The notes under the pieces were generated by a model that saw only the letters and a program-made list of their open reading frames with translations, made no database searches and was not told the origin of the DNA. A stretch of 50,337 bases of DNA from a virus, in the IMG/VR virus record IMGVR_UViG_3300045988_027632; one strand, given 5' to 3'. A program made the position numbers and the translations under genes. Position 1 is the first letter of the stretch. Every line of letters starts with the position of its first letter. Below are positions 1 to 7,168 of the stretch, piece by piece.

Positions 1-93
1 CTCATGGGTCATGTGTCCAAGGACACGGGAAACCGGGTCTATAATCACAAGACTTTGGATGAACTGAAGGCCACGGTGGAACTTATCAAATAG
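1..93 (+). CDS. int: Tyrosine integrase, C-terminal 30 codons (partial; duplicate of 45910..46002)
   Basis: In frame with 44989..46002; reads LMGHVSKDTGNRVYNHKTLDELKATVELIK*. Confidence 0.9.
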   Translation, partial: LMGHVSKDTGNRVYNHKTLDELKATVELIK

Positions 94-159
94 GGTTCAG
101 GGCGGTGAACATTTGGGGCCGCTGAACACTGAACTATTAACACGGTAGTAACAAAAAAG

Positions 160-191
160 GCGGGAACCCCTGAAAAATCAAGGGTTCCCGC
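160..191. terminator. Bidirectional rho-independent terminator between int (+) and the endolysin/late operon (-)
   Basis: Perfect 10-bp stem gcgggaaccc/gggttcccgc with a 12-nt loop. A6 lies upstream (gives CTTTTTTG on the - strand) and a T-rich tract lies downstream on the + strand. Confidence 0.8.
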
Positions 192-320
192 TTCATCTGT
201 TTTTATTCTACCATGAATTAGTATGCTCTGCAACGCTCCGAAGCGCCCAAATACTGAACATTTCAGCCCGTTGAAAGTGGGGTAAATCGGGGGCGGTAGT
301 AACAAACTAATAACACGGTA

Positions 321-1133
321 TCACACCGGTTTTGCGTAGTCAAGGGAAATCCAACCGGCCCCGCTTTTCAGCTTGCCCCACTTGGTAGCGCCGGTGCCGG
401 TGCTTTCCGCCACAATGGTATAAACACCGGGCGCAATGAAGCCATTCTTCCCATAGTTGGTGCCGGGGCCTTTCCTGATATACGGATCAGAAATTGTCAC
501 CCGCACCAAGTACGGCTCCACCGTGGCCCCTGCGCCGCCCGTGGTGGCGTTTCCGGTGCTGGGGGTAGTAGTTCCCCCACCCCCGCCAGAAGTGCCGCCA
601 GAAAGCCGCCTGTTGACCTCTGCGGCGATCTTGTCATGAAGGTTATAAAGATAATCACCGGGGCAAGACTTGTTTGCAAACCACCGGTGAACCGTCATAA
701 CCATTTCATTTGCCTTGGGGGTATAGGCAAGGGTCTTGTTCTTATCCCCGAACCACAGGATTTTTGTTTTCCCATTGCGCTTGCAAATATCGGTGACAAG
801 ATCAAGAAGGGCGTTGTATGCCTTATCCGTCACCTTGTAGGGGGCCACGGTTTCACTTGCCGTTTCGATGGTCACGGCCCTATGGTCATTGGCGCTGTTG
901 GAACTGCACCAAGAACGATCCTTTTCTTCCACACACAGGCCAATGGAACCATCATAGCCCACAACATAGTTGCAAGACGCTTGCTTGCTGGTAGGCTGGA
1001 ACACTTCACAACCCCGCTTTGCCGTAACCTGACCAACGAAACAGTGAATGGTGATCCGATCAATGGCATGGTTCCGGGGGCTGTTCTTGTTCGGGGAAAT
1101 TTGGGTGACGGTGACAAGGTTACTGTTGCTCAT
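321..1133 (-). CDS. Endolysin: N-acetylmuramoyl-L-alanine amidase (Amidase_2/PGRP-like) with C-terminal SH3-like wall-binding domain
   Basis: 270 aa. Motifs ITIHCFVG, NYVVGYDGS, HRAVTIE, HRWFANKSCPG. Gly/Thr-rich linker, then an SH3-like tail (YTIVAES..WGKLKSGAGWISLDY). Last gene of the - strand operon. Confidence 0.9.
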   Translation of the reverse strand: MSNSNLVTVTQISPNKNSPRNHAIDRITIHCFVGQVTAKRGCEVFQPTSKQASCNYVVGYDGSIGLCVEEKDRSWCSSNSANDHRAVTIETASETVAPYKVTDKAYNALLDLVTDICKRNGKTKILWFGDKNKTLAYTPKANEMVMTVHRWFANKSCPGDYLYNLHDKIAAEVNRRLSGGTSGGGGGTTTPSTGNATTGGAGATVEPYLVRVTISDPYIRKGPGTNYGKNGFIAPGVYTIVAESTGTGATKWGKLKSGAGWISLDYAKPV

Positions 1134-1488
1134 TTTCGGTTTCCTCCTTCACGGGTTCAAGGGCGGGGATTTCCTCATAGTTCACAATCTTGGTCATGTC
1201 ACACAAGGAATCAATCAGGTCACCAAGGGCTTCAGTGTCCACGGGATAATTGATATACTCGGCGGAAGTCTGAACCATAGCCATTACCCATTCCTTGCGG
1301 GTTGCGCCATCTTCAAACTTCTGTTCCGCTTCCTCCATCAGCTTGATCACCAAGCCCAACAAAGCGGCCCAATTCTTTTCCTGCGTGGCTTTCTGGACAT
1401 ACTGCACCAGCTTATAGGCCAAGGGAATACAGGTGGACAGACCAGCAAGAATGGCAACGATCAGGGAAACAATCTGTTCAGCGTTCAT
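1120..1488 (-). CDS. Holin-like protein (one N-terminal TM helix, charged helical tail; resembles LL-H-type holins)
   Basis: 122 aa. TM segment IVSLIVAILAGLSTCIPLAY. Overlaps the endolysin start by 14 nt. Family recalled from memory. Confidence 0.6.
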   Translation of the reverse strand: MNAEQIVSLIVAILAGLSTCIPLAYKLVQYVQKATQEKNWAALLGLVIKLMEEAEQKFEDGATRKEWVMAMVQTSAEYINYPVDTEALGDLIDSLCDMTKIVNYEEIPALEPVKEETENEQQ

Positions 1489-1527
1489 GTTTTTCTTCCT
1501 TTCTGATTTTGTATTTTTGGCCGGGGG

Positions 1528-1797
1528 TCACAGTTCCTTGGTATCGTTGTAAATTTCCGGGCCATACTGTTTCCGCAACTTGATCCGGTTTTCAGCCTTG
1601 GCCTTGGAATAGTAAAAACCGGTTGCTGTTGCCAATTCAGCGAATATGGCCGGGATCAGATACGCAAGGGGTGAAGTGTCCCCCGTTTTCCAAACGATAG
1701 CAAGAGTGAAGGCCGTCACAACCAGCGTGACGGCCCCCACACAACCCAAAATGATTTTGGAAAATTCCTTTTTCGGTTTCTTCTTTACACGGCTCAT
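1528..1797 (-). CDS. Small membrane protein with two TM helices (holin/antiholin candidate)
   Basis: 89 aa. Lys-rich N-terminus; TM segments ILGCVGAVTLVVTAFTLAIVW and LAYLIPAIFAELATATGFYY. Located in the lysis cassette. Confidence 0.6.
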   Translation of the reverse strand: MSRVKKKPKKEFSKIILGCVGAVTLVVTAFTLAIVWKTGDTSPLAYLIPAIFAELATATGFYYSKAKAENRIKLRKQYGPEIYNDTKEL

Positions 1798-2105
1798 TCA
1801 TCCGGGGCTTCCGTGGGCAACTCCAAGAATTTCTTGTGTAGATCGTCCATTACCCCATTCACCCCCAACGAATGATATTGCTTCCAGCAGTTTTCAAAAC
1901 TTTCCCTTGCATAAATCGGGGCAAAGCCTTTTTCAGTGTACTTGTTAAAGTCACTGATCATTTGGCTTCTCAAAAGCGCCTGAATTCCAGCTTTCAAGGC
2001 TTTGGAATCTTCCATGTTGCGCTTGATCAGCCCGTGAAGGTATTTGAATACTCCCGCAATCAGGGCCGGAACCCCGATCAGGCACAACCATTGATAAACC
2101 GTCAT
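1794..2105 (-). CDS. Hypothetical protein with N-terminal TM helix (lysis-cassette associated)
   Basis: 103 aa. WLCLIGVPALIAGVF segment. 4-nt overlap with the downstream ORF. Confidence 0.55.
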   Translation of the reverse strand: MTVYQWLCLIGVPALIAGVFKYLHGLIKRNMEDSKALKAGIQALLRSQMISDFNKYTEKGFAPIYARESFENCWKQYHSLGVNGVMDDLHKKFLELPTEAPDE

Positions 2106-2125
2106 TGAACCACCCCTTCCCGCCT

Positions 2126-2539
2126 TTAGGCGCTGATCAGGCGGAAGATATATTGCAAATCTTCCACTTGGGCGTTGTAGAAGTCATAGTTCCAAATCCA
2201 GTGATCTTCATGCTCCGGCCTTTTGAACCTCTGACAGAAGGGATCTTCCCAAATCCGGTTCCAGCGTTCTTGGTAGGCGGGATCAGGCTTGTTGGGGTTC
2301 TTCTCCAACCGCAACAGGATAGCGGAAACCAGTTCCCCACGCTCTTTGCCCCGGCCATCATCATTGTGGCTGAAGTAGTCATAGGCAATTTGGCTGGTGT
2401 CCGCACACATCAGCTTGTTTTTCCACACAAGAAAACCGCCCTGAACAGTCAAGGCGGTTCCATAAGGAATATTGACATTTTCACCGCAACCGGCTTTGAA
2501 CCTTGCCCTTTTCCGGGCAATATAGGTTTTATGCTTCAT
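2126..2539 (-). CDS. Hypothetical protein
   Basis: 137-aa ORF on the coding strand. Translationally coupled to 2529..3146 (11-nt overlap). Confidence 0.6.
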   Translation of the reverse strand: MKHKTYIARKRARFKAGCGENVNIPYGTALTVQGGFLVWKNKLMCADTSQIAYDYFSHNDDGRGKERGELVSAILLRLEKNPNKPDPAYQERWNRIWEDPFCQRFKRPEHEDHWIWNYDFYNAQVEDLQYIFRLISA

Positions 2540-3146
2540 CGGTCACTTCCTCCCAACCATACACACCGGGTTCCCACACATTGTTTGCAATAGTGGAAGT
2601 CCAGTGCTTTTCATTATGGCTGACTTTAGCCCCCAAGGGGTAGGCATCATGCGCCCCAATGGGCTGAATCCATTCCGGCCATTCCTCGGTAGGATCAGCT
2701 GTCAGGCTCCACAGGCTGGGGGCGGCGGGGGGTGTCCAATCGGCTTGGGAAGTATGGGCCTGAACACACTTGTAAAGGGTTCCATTATAGCGCCGGATTT
2801 GCCCCACCGTGTAGGCGATAGGATAGGCCCATTCAGCGAACAGATCAGCGTGTTCCGCCGCCGTCACCGGGTCAATGCTTCCGGCTTCCGCCATCGTCAC
2901 AAACACAATGCCGTTGGTGGTATTGGCTTTGCTGATTTCTGCCCCTGCATCGGTTACTTCCAAACTGACGGTTTCCAAGCCCTCCATTTCATCCCGGCCA
3001 AGCAAATGGTACGGTGTCCCTTCAAAAACAATGCCCGAAGCATTTTGCTCCGGGCAAAGGACATAGCAACCATTTTCGGCCTGCACAATGTAGTTCAGAT
3101 TTTCCGTCAAGCCAAGTTCGGCCCCGTCTTTGATAATTCTAAACAT
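2529..3146 (-). CDS. Tail-associated carbohydrate-binding protein (two CBM5/12-like repeats)
   Basis: 205 aa. YKCVQAHTSQADWTPPAAPSLWSL and a second ..HWTSTIANNVWEPGVYGWEEV segment resemble chitin/carbohydrate-binding CBM5_12 repeats. Start overlaps the RT 3' end by 40 nt. Confidence 0.6.
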   Translation of the reverse strand: MFRIIKDGAELGLTENLNYIVQAENGCYVLCPEQNASGIVFEGTPYHLLGRDEMEGLETVSLEVTDAGAEISKANTTNGIVFVTMAEAGSIDPVTAAEHADLFAEWAYPIAYTVGQIRRYNGTLYKCVQAHTSQADWTPPAAPSLWSLTADPTEEWPEWIQPIGAHDAYPLGAKVSHNEKHWTSTIANNVWEPGVYGWEEVTDEA

Positions 3147-3904
3147 TTTGTAGCACCTCCGAAAAAGATAGCATAGTAAAGCCGCCGCAACCGCAACAAT
3201 CTTCCGTGATCATTGAAGTTCCGGTAGTATGCGCTTTGGCATTCCATATACTGTTCAATATCGGTGAATTGCCGTTTTCCTTCTATGAACTCTCGGTGGA
3301 ACAGCTTCAGTTTCCTTCTTGCCCGTTTCACACCATCCCGGCTTCCATTCACCTTGATCTTCCCGGTTTCCGTTAGTGTGAACCGGGCTTTGCACCATCT
3401 GAAGGGCTTTGTCAAGGGAATGATTTTGCATTTCCGTTTATTCACTCGAATTCCAAGGGCTTCAAACCGCCGAACAATTTCATGCCCAAGTTTCTTCAGG
3501 GCTTCCACATCGGGCAAAATCAAATAGTAATCGTCCATGTAATGCCCAAAACAGTGAACCCCGGCTTGACATTTGATCCAGTTATCCACGGCGCTTGGCA
3601 ACGCCACCATTTCCTGTTGTGACGGCTCCACACCCAAAGGCAAGCCCCGGCCCGGTGTCGGGCAAGGGGAAGTTTGGATCACCATATCAGCAAGCGCCCG
3701 AAGGTCAGGGTTTAAGATCAGTTCTTGGTGCCGCTGATACAGAAGCGCATGGGGCGCATTAGGGAAAAACCCCTTCAAATCCAATAGCAGAACCGCACCT
3801 TCCCGGCCATAGCGCCGGAAATGCCAATGAAGCTGATCTTTTATGCGGCGAAAATGCCAGTGAAGGCCCTTTCCCCTTTGGCTTGCCCCGTTGTCATAGA
3901 TCAT
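3107..3904 (-). CDS. DGR reverse transcriptase, C-terminal fragment (frame actually open back to 3961)
   Basis: IYDNGASQRGKG (motif 2-like), LGVEPSQ (DGR-type (I/L)GxxxSQ), GHYMDDYYL (YxDD catalytic motif). Confidence 0.9.
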   Translation of the reverse strand: MIYDNGASQRGKGLHWHFRRIKDQLHWHFRRYGREGAVLLLDLKGFFPNAPHALLYQRHQELILNPDLRALADMVIQTSPCPTPGRGLPLGVEPSQQEMVALPSAVDNWIKCQAGVHCFGHYMDDYYLILPDVEALKKLGHEIVRRFEALGIRVNKRKCKIIPLTKPFRWCKARFTLTETGKIKVNGSRDGVKRARRKLKLFHREFIEGKRQFTDIEQYMECQSAYYRNFNDHGRLLRLRRLYYAIFFGGATKCLELSKTGPNLA

Positions 3905-3924
3905 GCCGGGGTTGTAAAGGGGAA

Positions 3925-4308
3925 TCAGAACTTCATTACAATGGGTTTGTGGATTTGTCGGTCAGTAATGTGTGGCGCATCTATGGGGCGTACCTTCCCA
4001 CGCTCTCTTAAAGTGAAATGGGTACACTTCATAGGGTTCCACGCCTGATCCAAAACCTTCTTCCGCCGTCTTGCTGTCCCGGAAAACAGGTGAATTTCAA
4101 AGTTCTGAACACTTTGTTTCCACCGTACCCCGTTACAGCATTTCCGGCCATAGAAGAACATTTTGCGATAACTGAATACTTTGTTCATTGGCCCAAGTGC
4201 ATCACACCGGGCCTGTTTTCTTTCTTGCCGCTTGGCTTTGCGGCGCTGGTATCTCGCTTCATGCCGTTCTTGGCTTGTCATACAAAAAAGTATTCGCCCT
4301 CCGTACAA
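3925..4308 (-). CDS. DGR reverse transcriptase, N-terminal fragment (separated from the rest by a -1 frame change)
   Basis: ..GVRWKQSVQNF..RGKVRPIDAPHITDRQIHK, i.e. RT motif 1 (R.I......DR..). Stops at 3925-3927. The start could be ATG 4281 rather than TTG 4308. Confidence 0.8.
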   Translation of the reverse strand: MYGGRILFCMTSQERHEARYQRRKAKRQERKQARCDALGPMNKVFSYRKMFFYGRKCCNGVRWKQSVQNFEIHLFSGTARRRKKVLDQAWNPMKCTHFTLRERGKVRPIDAPHITDRQIHKPIVMKF

Positions 4309-4524
4309 ATATCTTGTTGGGTGCCGTCTAACTTGCTTTGCCCTTGCACATGAAATGGGTTAAGGCACAATCACCCACCATGCAAGAAGCGTCCGTGTAA
4401 GGGCATCAAAGGGCAGTTTTAGGGATTGGCTACCCAAGGAAGTACCTCTCCTTTTGCGAAGGTCGTCTTTCACCTGAAATCCAAAAGCCGGGTTTCTGTT
4501 ACTCCATTTGACCTCGCAATCGCA

Positions 4525-4655
4525 AAATCCGGGCCGCACGCCACCAGAATTGTTAGCGTTATTGTTGTTGTAGTTGCCGTCCGTATTGACAATGAGGAAG
4601 TTATTGTTGTTGTTGTTGTAATTAGGGGAACGCAACCACCACCACACCGCCGAAG
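4525..4655 (-). repeat. DGR template repeat (TR), 131 nt
   Basis: Aligns to VR 5339..5466. It has 36 adenines on the transcribed strand, mostly in AAC/AAT codons. It lies between the Avd-like ORF and the RT. Confidence 0.9.
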
Positions 4656-4693
4656 GACGAGTTATCAGAGGTACACCTAATTTTTTTTTGAAG

Positions 4694-5158
4694 TTAAGTT
4701 TTCAATTTTCCGCTTACATTTTTGATAGCCCCTTTCAGAAGTTCATTTTCCTTGTCGATCAACTCACCAAGGCTTTGTGCCATCTTATCCAATTTTTCTG
4801 TTGCGTCCTGCCCCTTCACCGGGTTCCCTTTGGAATTGGTGAAAGCCCCTTCAGGATTTTGGTTCAAAATCAGATATACATGGGTCAACCGAACATCAAG
4901 CGCCATCAGAGAAGCCCTTGCTTCAAGAAGGTGGGCTTTCCGAAGTTCTATGCGCTGGGGATCAGAAGGAAAAATGCTGTTGCCCTTTTCCGCATGGTCG
5001 ATAATCTCACCGGCCAGCTTTGCAATGGGTTCCGCTACAAGCCGGGAATATCGGGCGGAAAGACGGGTTAGAAAATTGATGGTTTCCACATAGATTTGAT
5101 TGGCGGTGTTGATGAACTCCGCCTTGCTGGTTGTTCGTTTCTGCTTCAGTACAGACAT
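4694..5158 (-). CDS. avd: Avd-like accessory variability determinant (helical bundle protein)
   Basis: 154 aa from ATG 5158 (RBS aaagggg, 7-nt spacer). All-helical, basic sequence. Sits in the canonical position between the target gene and TR. Assignment rests mainly on synteny. Confidence 0.65.
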   Translation of the reverse strand: MSVLKQKRTTSKAEFINTANQIYVETINFLTRLSARYSRLVAEPIAKLAGEIIDHAEKGNSIFPSDPQRIELRKAHLLEARASLMALDVRLTHVYLILNQNPEGAFTNSKGNPVKGQDATEKLDKMAQSLGELIDKENELLKGAIKNVSGKLKT

Positions 5159-5188
5159 TGGTTCACCCCTTTCCGGGCCATCCTGATT

Positions 5189-5199
5189 AGTATAGCACA
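5189..5199 (-). promoter_or_regulatory. Candidate extended -10 promoter (TGcTATACT) for avd-TR-RT
   Basis: The - strand reads tgtgcTATACT about 30 nt upstream of the avd start and just downstream of the tail-fibre terminator. No good -35 element. Confidence 0.35.
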
Positions 5200-5232
5200 G
5201 AAACGGGAAAAAGCCAATTTTCAAAAATTGCG

Positions 5233-5252
5233 TCGGGCGCTTACGCGCCCGA
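5233..5252 (-). terminator. Rho-independent terminator-like hairpin after the tail-fibre gene
   Basis: 8-bp GC stem tcgggcgc/gcgcccga with a 4-nt loop. On the - strand it is followed by cgcaaTTTTT. Confidence 0.55.
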
Positions 5253-5281
5253 ATTATTTTGCTATCTTCACCCCGGCTGTT

Positions 5282-5301
5282 CCGCCCCCTTGCGGGGGCG
5301 G
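5282..5301 (-). promoter_or_regulatory. GC hairpin downstream of VR (candidate DGR target-recognition cruciform)
   Basis: ccgccccc ttgc gggggcgg: 8-bp stem, 4-nt loop, about 37 nt 3' of the VR end. A smaller hairpin (aatcc/ggatt) lies at 5316-5331. Confidence 0.5.
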
Positions 5302-5329
5302 GATGGGGCCGGGATAATCCTGCGGGGGA

Positions 5330-7168
5330 TTAGACAGCAAAGCCGGGCCGCACGCCACCAGAAAAGTTAGCGTTAGTGTAGTTGCCGGTGCCGTCCGTAT
5401 TGACAACGAGGAAGCTATTGCTGCCGTTGCAAATAGGGGAACGCAACCACCACCACACCGCCGAAGCGGTGCTTGTGTGACGATAGGCAATACGGGAATT
5501 ACCAGCCTGATAATAGGCATATTGAACTTGGTAATTCTGTTCATAGCTGTTGGCCCAATTTCTTGTGCCGAACACTTCAAATTCCGCCAGCAAGAAAAGA
5601 TAATCTTGGGTAGAAGTCACATTGCTTTGAACATTGCCGGTATCGTTGCCCACATTGTCTGTGTACTTGGTTACGGCCTTCATCACGGCTCGCAAAGCGG
5701 AAGGCAAAGCCGCCATCAGACTGTTTGCCGTGGGGCTGGAAGGGGTGCCGCCGTTGCCCAAAACCGTATTCCGCATATAAGAACTTGCCCAACCCCCATT
5801 ATTGGTGTTGCTGGTATTCATGCGGAATCCTTGGCTGGAACCGGTGTTATTGTAGTTGTTATCACACAAAGCAACCGGAGTGGCTCCGATCTTGCCAATT
5901 TGGAAGTGAATGCGGTTACTGCCTTCACGGGAAGCATTGTGGTTGAACCCCAAGATGAAAACATTCACCGTCAGATTGGTGATCCCGAACCCAACCACAT
6001 TTCCGTTGATCACAATAGACTTGGTATCACCTACGGCCCAATAATCATCCGCTGTTCCTGCGGCGCTTGCCTCGCTGATCGTGTCCCAATCGTTATCATT
6101 CAAGGTTGCGGTGGGAAGGGTCACAGACACGGAACAGGTCTTATTGGCCGGGGCCGTATAGTTGGTGCCTTCTGCCACGCTGACAGTGATTGTGGCGTTA
6201 CCCTTGCCCACAGCGGTTACAGTTACCGTGGTGCCGTTTACATTGACCGTGGCAACTCCGGGATTGTTGGATTGAGCAGAAATAGCACCATCCCCGGCCC
6301 GTGTCACCGTGAAAGTGTCCGTCATTTTGGAAGCGCCCAAATCCATAGTGCTTTTACTCAAAGAAAGGCTTCCAGCGGCCTTTCCAATCGTCCAAGCAAC
6401 CGTCTTGGCTCCGGTGGTGCCATCACTCCACCGGTAGTTGTCCGTGGGCGTGAAGGTGGCGTTATAGCTTCCCGCATTGGTTCCGCTGGTGGTGCCGCCA
6501 ATGGTCAATTTAGAAGTATCATACCCATTCCAAGAAGGGCTTTGGGGCGAACCGGTATAAGTAAGGCTCCCGCTTTGGGTAGGGGCCGCAACCGTGGCTT
6601 TGTTGATCGTCCATTGAACCTGTTTGGCCGTGGTGGTGCCGTCCGTCCACTTGTAGGGGTCTTTCGGTGTGAAAGTTGCCGTGTAGGTTCCCGCATCGGT
6701 GCCGGTGGTCACACCCCCAAGGGTCAGGGTGTCGGGGTTATAGCTGTTCCAAAAAGGGCTTTGGGATTGTCCGTTATAGGTCAAGGTGCCATTTTGGGTG
6801 GGAACAACATCAATGGTATAAACGAACCCGGACACGGCTTCCAAGGCCGCATCTGCCGCATCTTGGGCATTTTGGGACGCTTCCAAAGCCGCCGCCACAT
6901 CTTCCCGAATATCGGCGTGGGCGGTTTCACTGGTGTTGTGTTCTTCAATGGCATCTTCAATATCTTGGGTGGGGTCAAAGGTGGAATCGGGAAGCTGTTC
7001 AGGCTTCACCTTTCCATCATCCCCAAGATCGGCTTTCCCGGCCAAGGAATCATCATGGGCTTTCAGGGCCGCATCAATTTTATCCATGTTGCGGTTCTGA
7101 TCGTCCACATTGTAGAAATCTTCTTGGGCCGGTTTGACCAAATCATAATTGGTGGTATATTCAGCCAT
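5330..7168 (-). CDS. Tail fibre / receptor-binding protein; DGR target with C-terminal WWLRSP...GGVRPGF lectin-like variable domain
   Basis: 612 aa. Tail-fibre-type N-terminus (YDLVKPAQEDFYNVDDQNRNMDKID). Two tandem ~70-aa repeats (aa 122-264). An Ig-like (Big_2-like) segment (VATVNVNGTTVTVTAVGKGNATITVS). C-terminus carries the VR. Confidence 0.9.
   Translation of the reverse strand: MAEYTTNYDLVKPAQEDFYNVDDQNRNMDKIDAALKAHDDSLAGKADLGDDGKVKPEQLPDSTFDPTQDIEDAIEEHNTSETAHADIREDVAAALEASQNAQDAADAALEAVSGFVYTIDVVPTQNGTLTYNGQSQSPFWNSYNPDTLTLGGVTTGTDAGTYTATFTPKDPYKWTDGTTTAKQVQWTINKATVAAPTQSGSLTYTGSPQSPSWNGYDTSKLTIGGTTSGTNAGSYNATFTPTDNYRWSDGTTGAKTVAWTIGKAAGSLSLSKSTMDLGASKMTDTFTVTRAGDGAISAQSNNPGVATVNVNGTTVTVTAVGKGNATITVSVAEGTNYTAPANKTCSVSVTLPTATLNDNDWDTISEASAAGTADDYWAVGDTKSIVINGNVVGFGITNLTVNVFILGFNHNASREGSNRIHFQIGKIGATPVALCDNNYNNTGSSQGFRMNTSNTNNGGWASSYMRNTVLGNGGTPSSPTANSLMAALPSALRAVMKAVTKYTDNVGNDTGNVQSNVTSTQDYLFLLAEFEVFGTRNWANSYEQNYQVQYAYYQAGNSRIAYRHTSTASAVWWWLRSPICNGSNSFLVVNTDGTGNYTNANFSGGVRPGFAV
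5339..5466 (-). repeat. DGR variable repeat (VR), 128 nt, last ~40 codons of the tail-fibre gene
   Basis: Differs from TR at 14 TR-adenine positions, at one TR thymine, and by one missing AAC codon. The A-free 5' 32 nt and the 3' GGTGGCGTGCGGCCCGG are identical. Confidence 0.9.

Larger units (their letters stand above)
1..4428. repeat. Terminal direct repeat, copy 1 (matches 45910..50337)
   Basis: Every ORF in 45..4363 reappears with an identical translation at +45,909. Sequence at both window ends matches base for base where I checked. Confidence 0.95.

Noticed and set aside
45-305. 86-aa - strand ORF (and its duplicate 45954..46214) in the int/endolysin intergenic region
   Set aside because: It spans the bidirectional terminator hairpin and overlaps the int 3' end. 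It has no RBS and low-complexity content, and the region is better explained as attP plus terminator.
3928-3961. Canonical programmed -1 ribosomal frameshift in the RT
   Set aside because: No X XXY YYZ slippery heptamer lies in the 34-nt window where both frames are open. I therefore cannot support classical programmed frameshifting. A sequencing error or a real mutation remains at least as likely.
4360-4647. 95-aa ORF (MWWWLRSPNYNNNNNNFLIVNTDGNYNNNNANNS...) that looks like a poly-Asn protein
   Set aside because: It is the DGR template repeat read in the VR frame. It has a GTG pseudo-start and no RBS. Similarity to the fibre C-terminus ends exactly at the repeat boundaries and the frame runs on into unrelated sequence. 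I treat it as non-coding template RNA.
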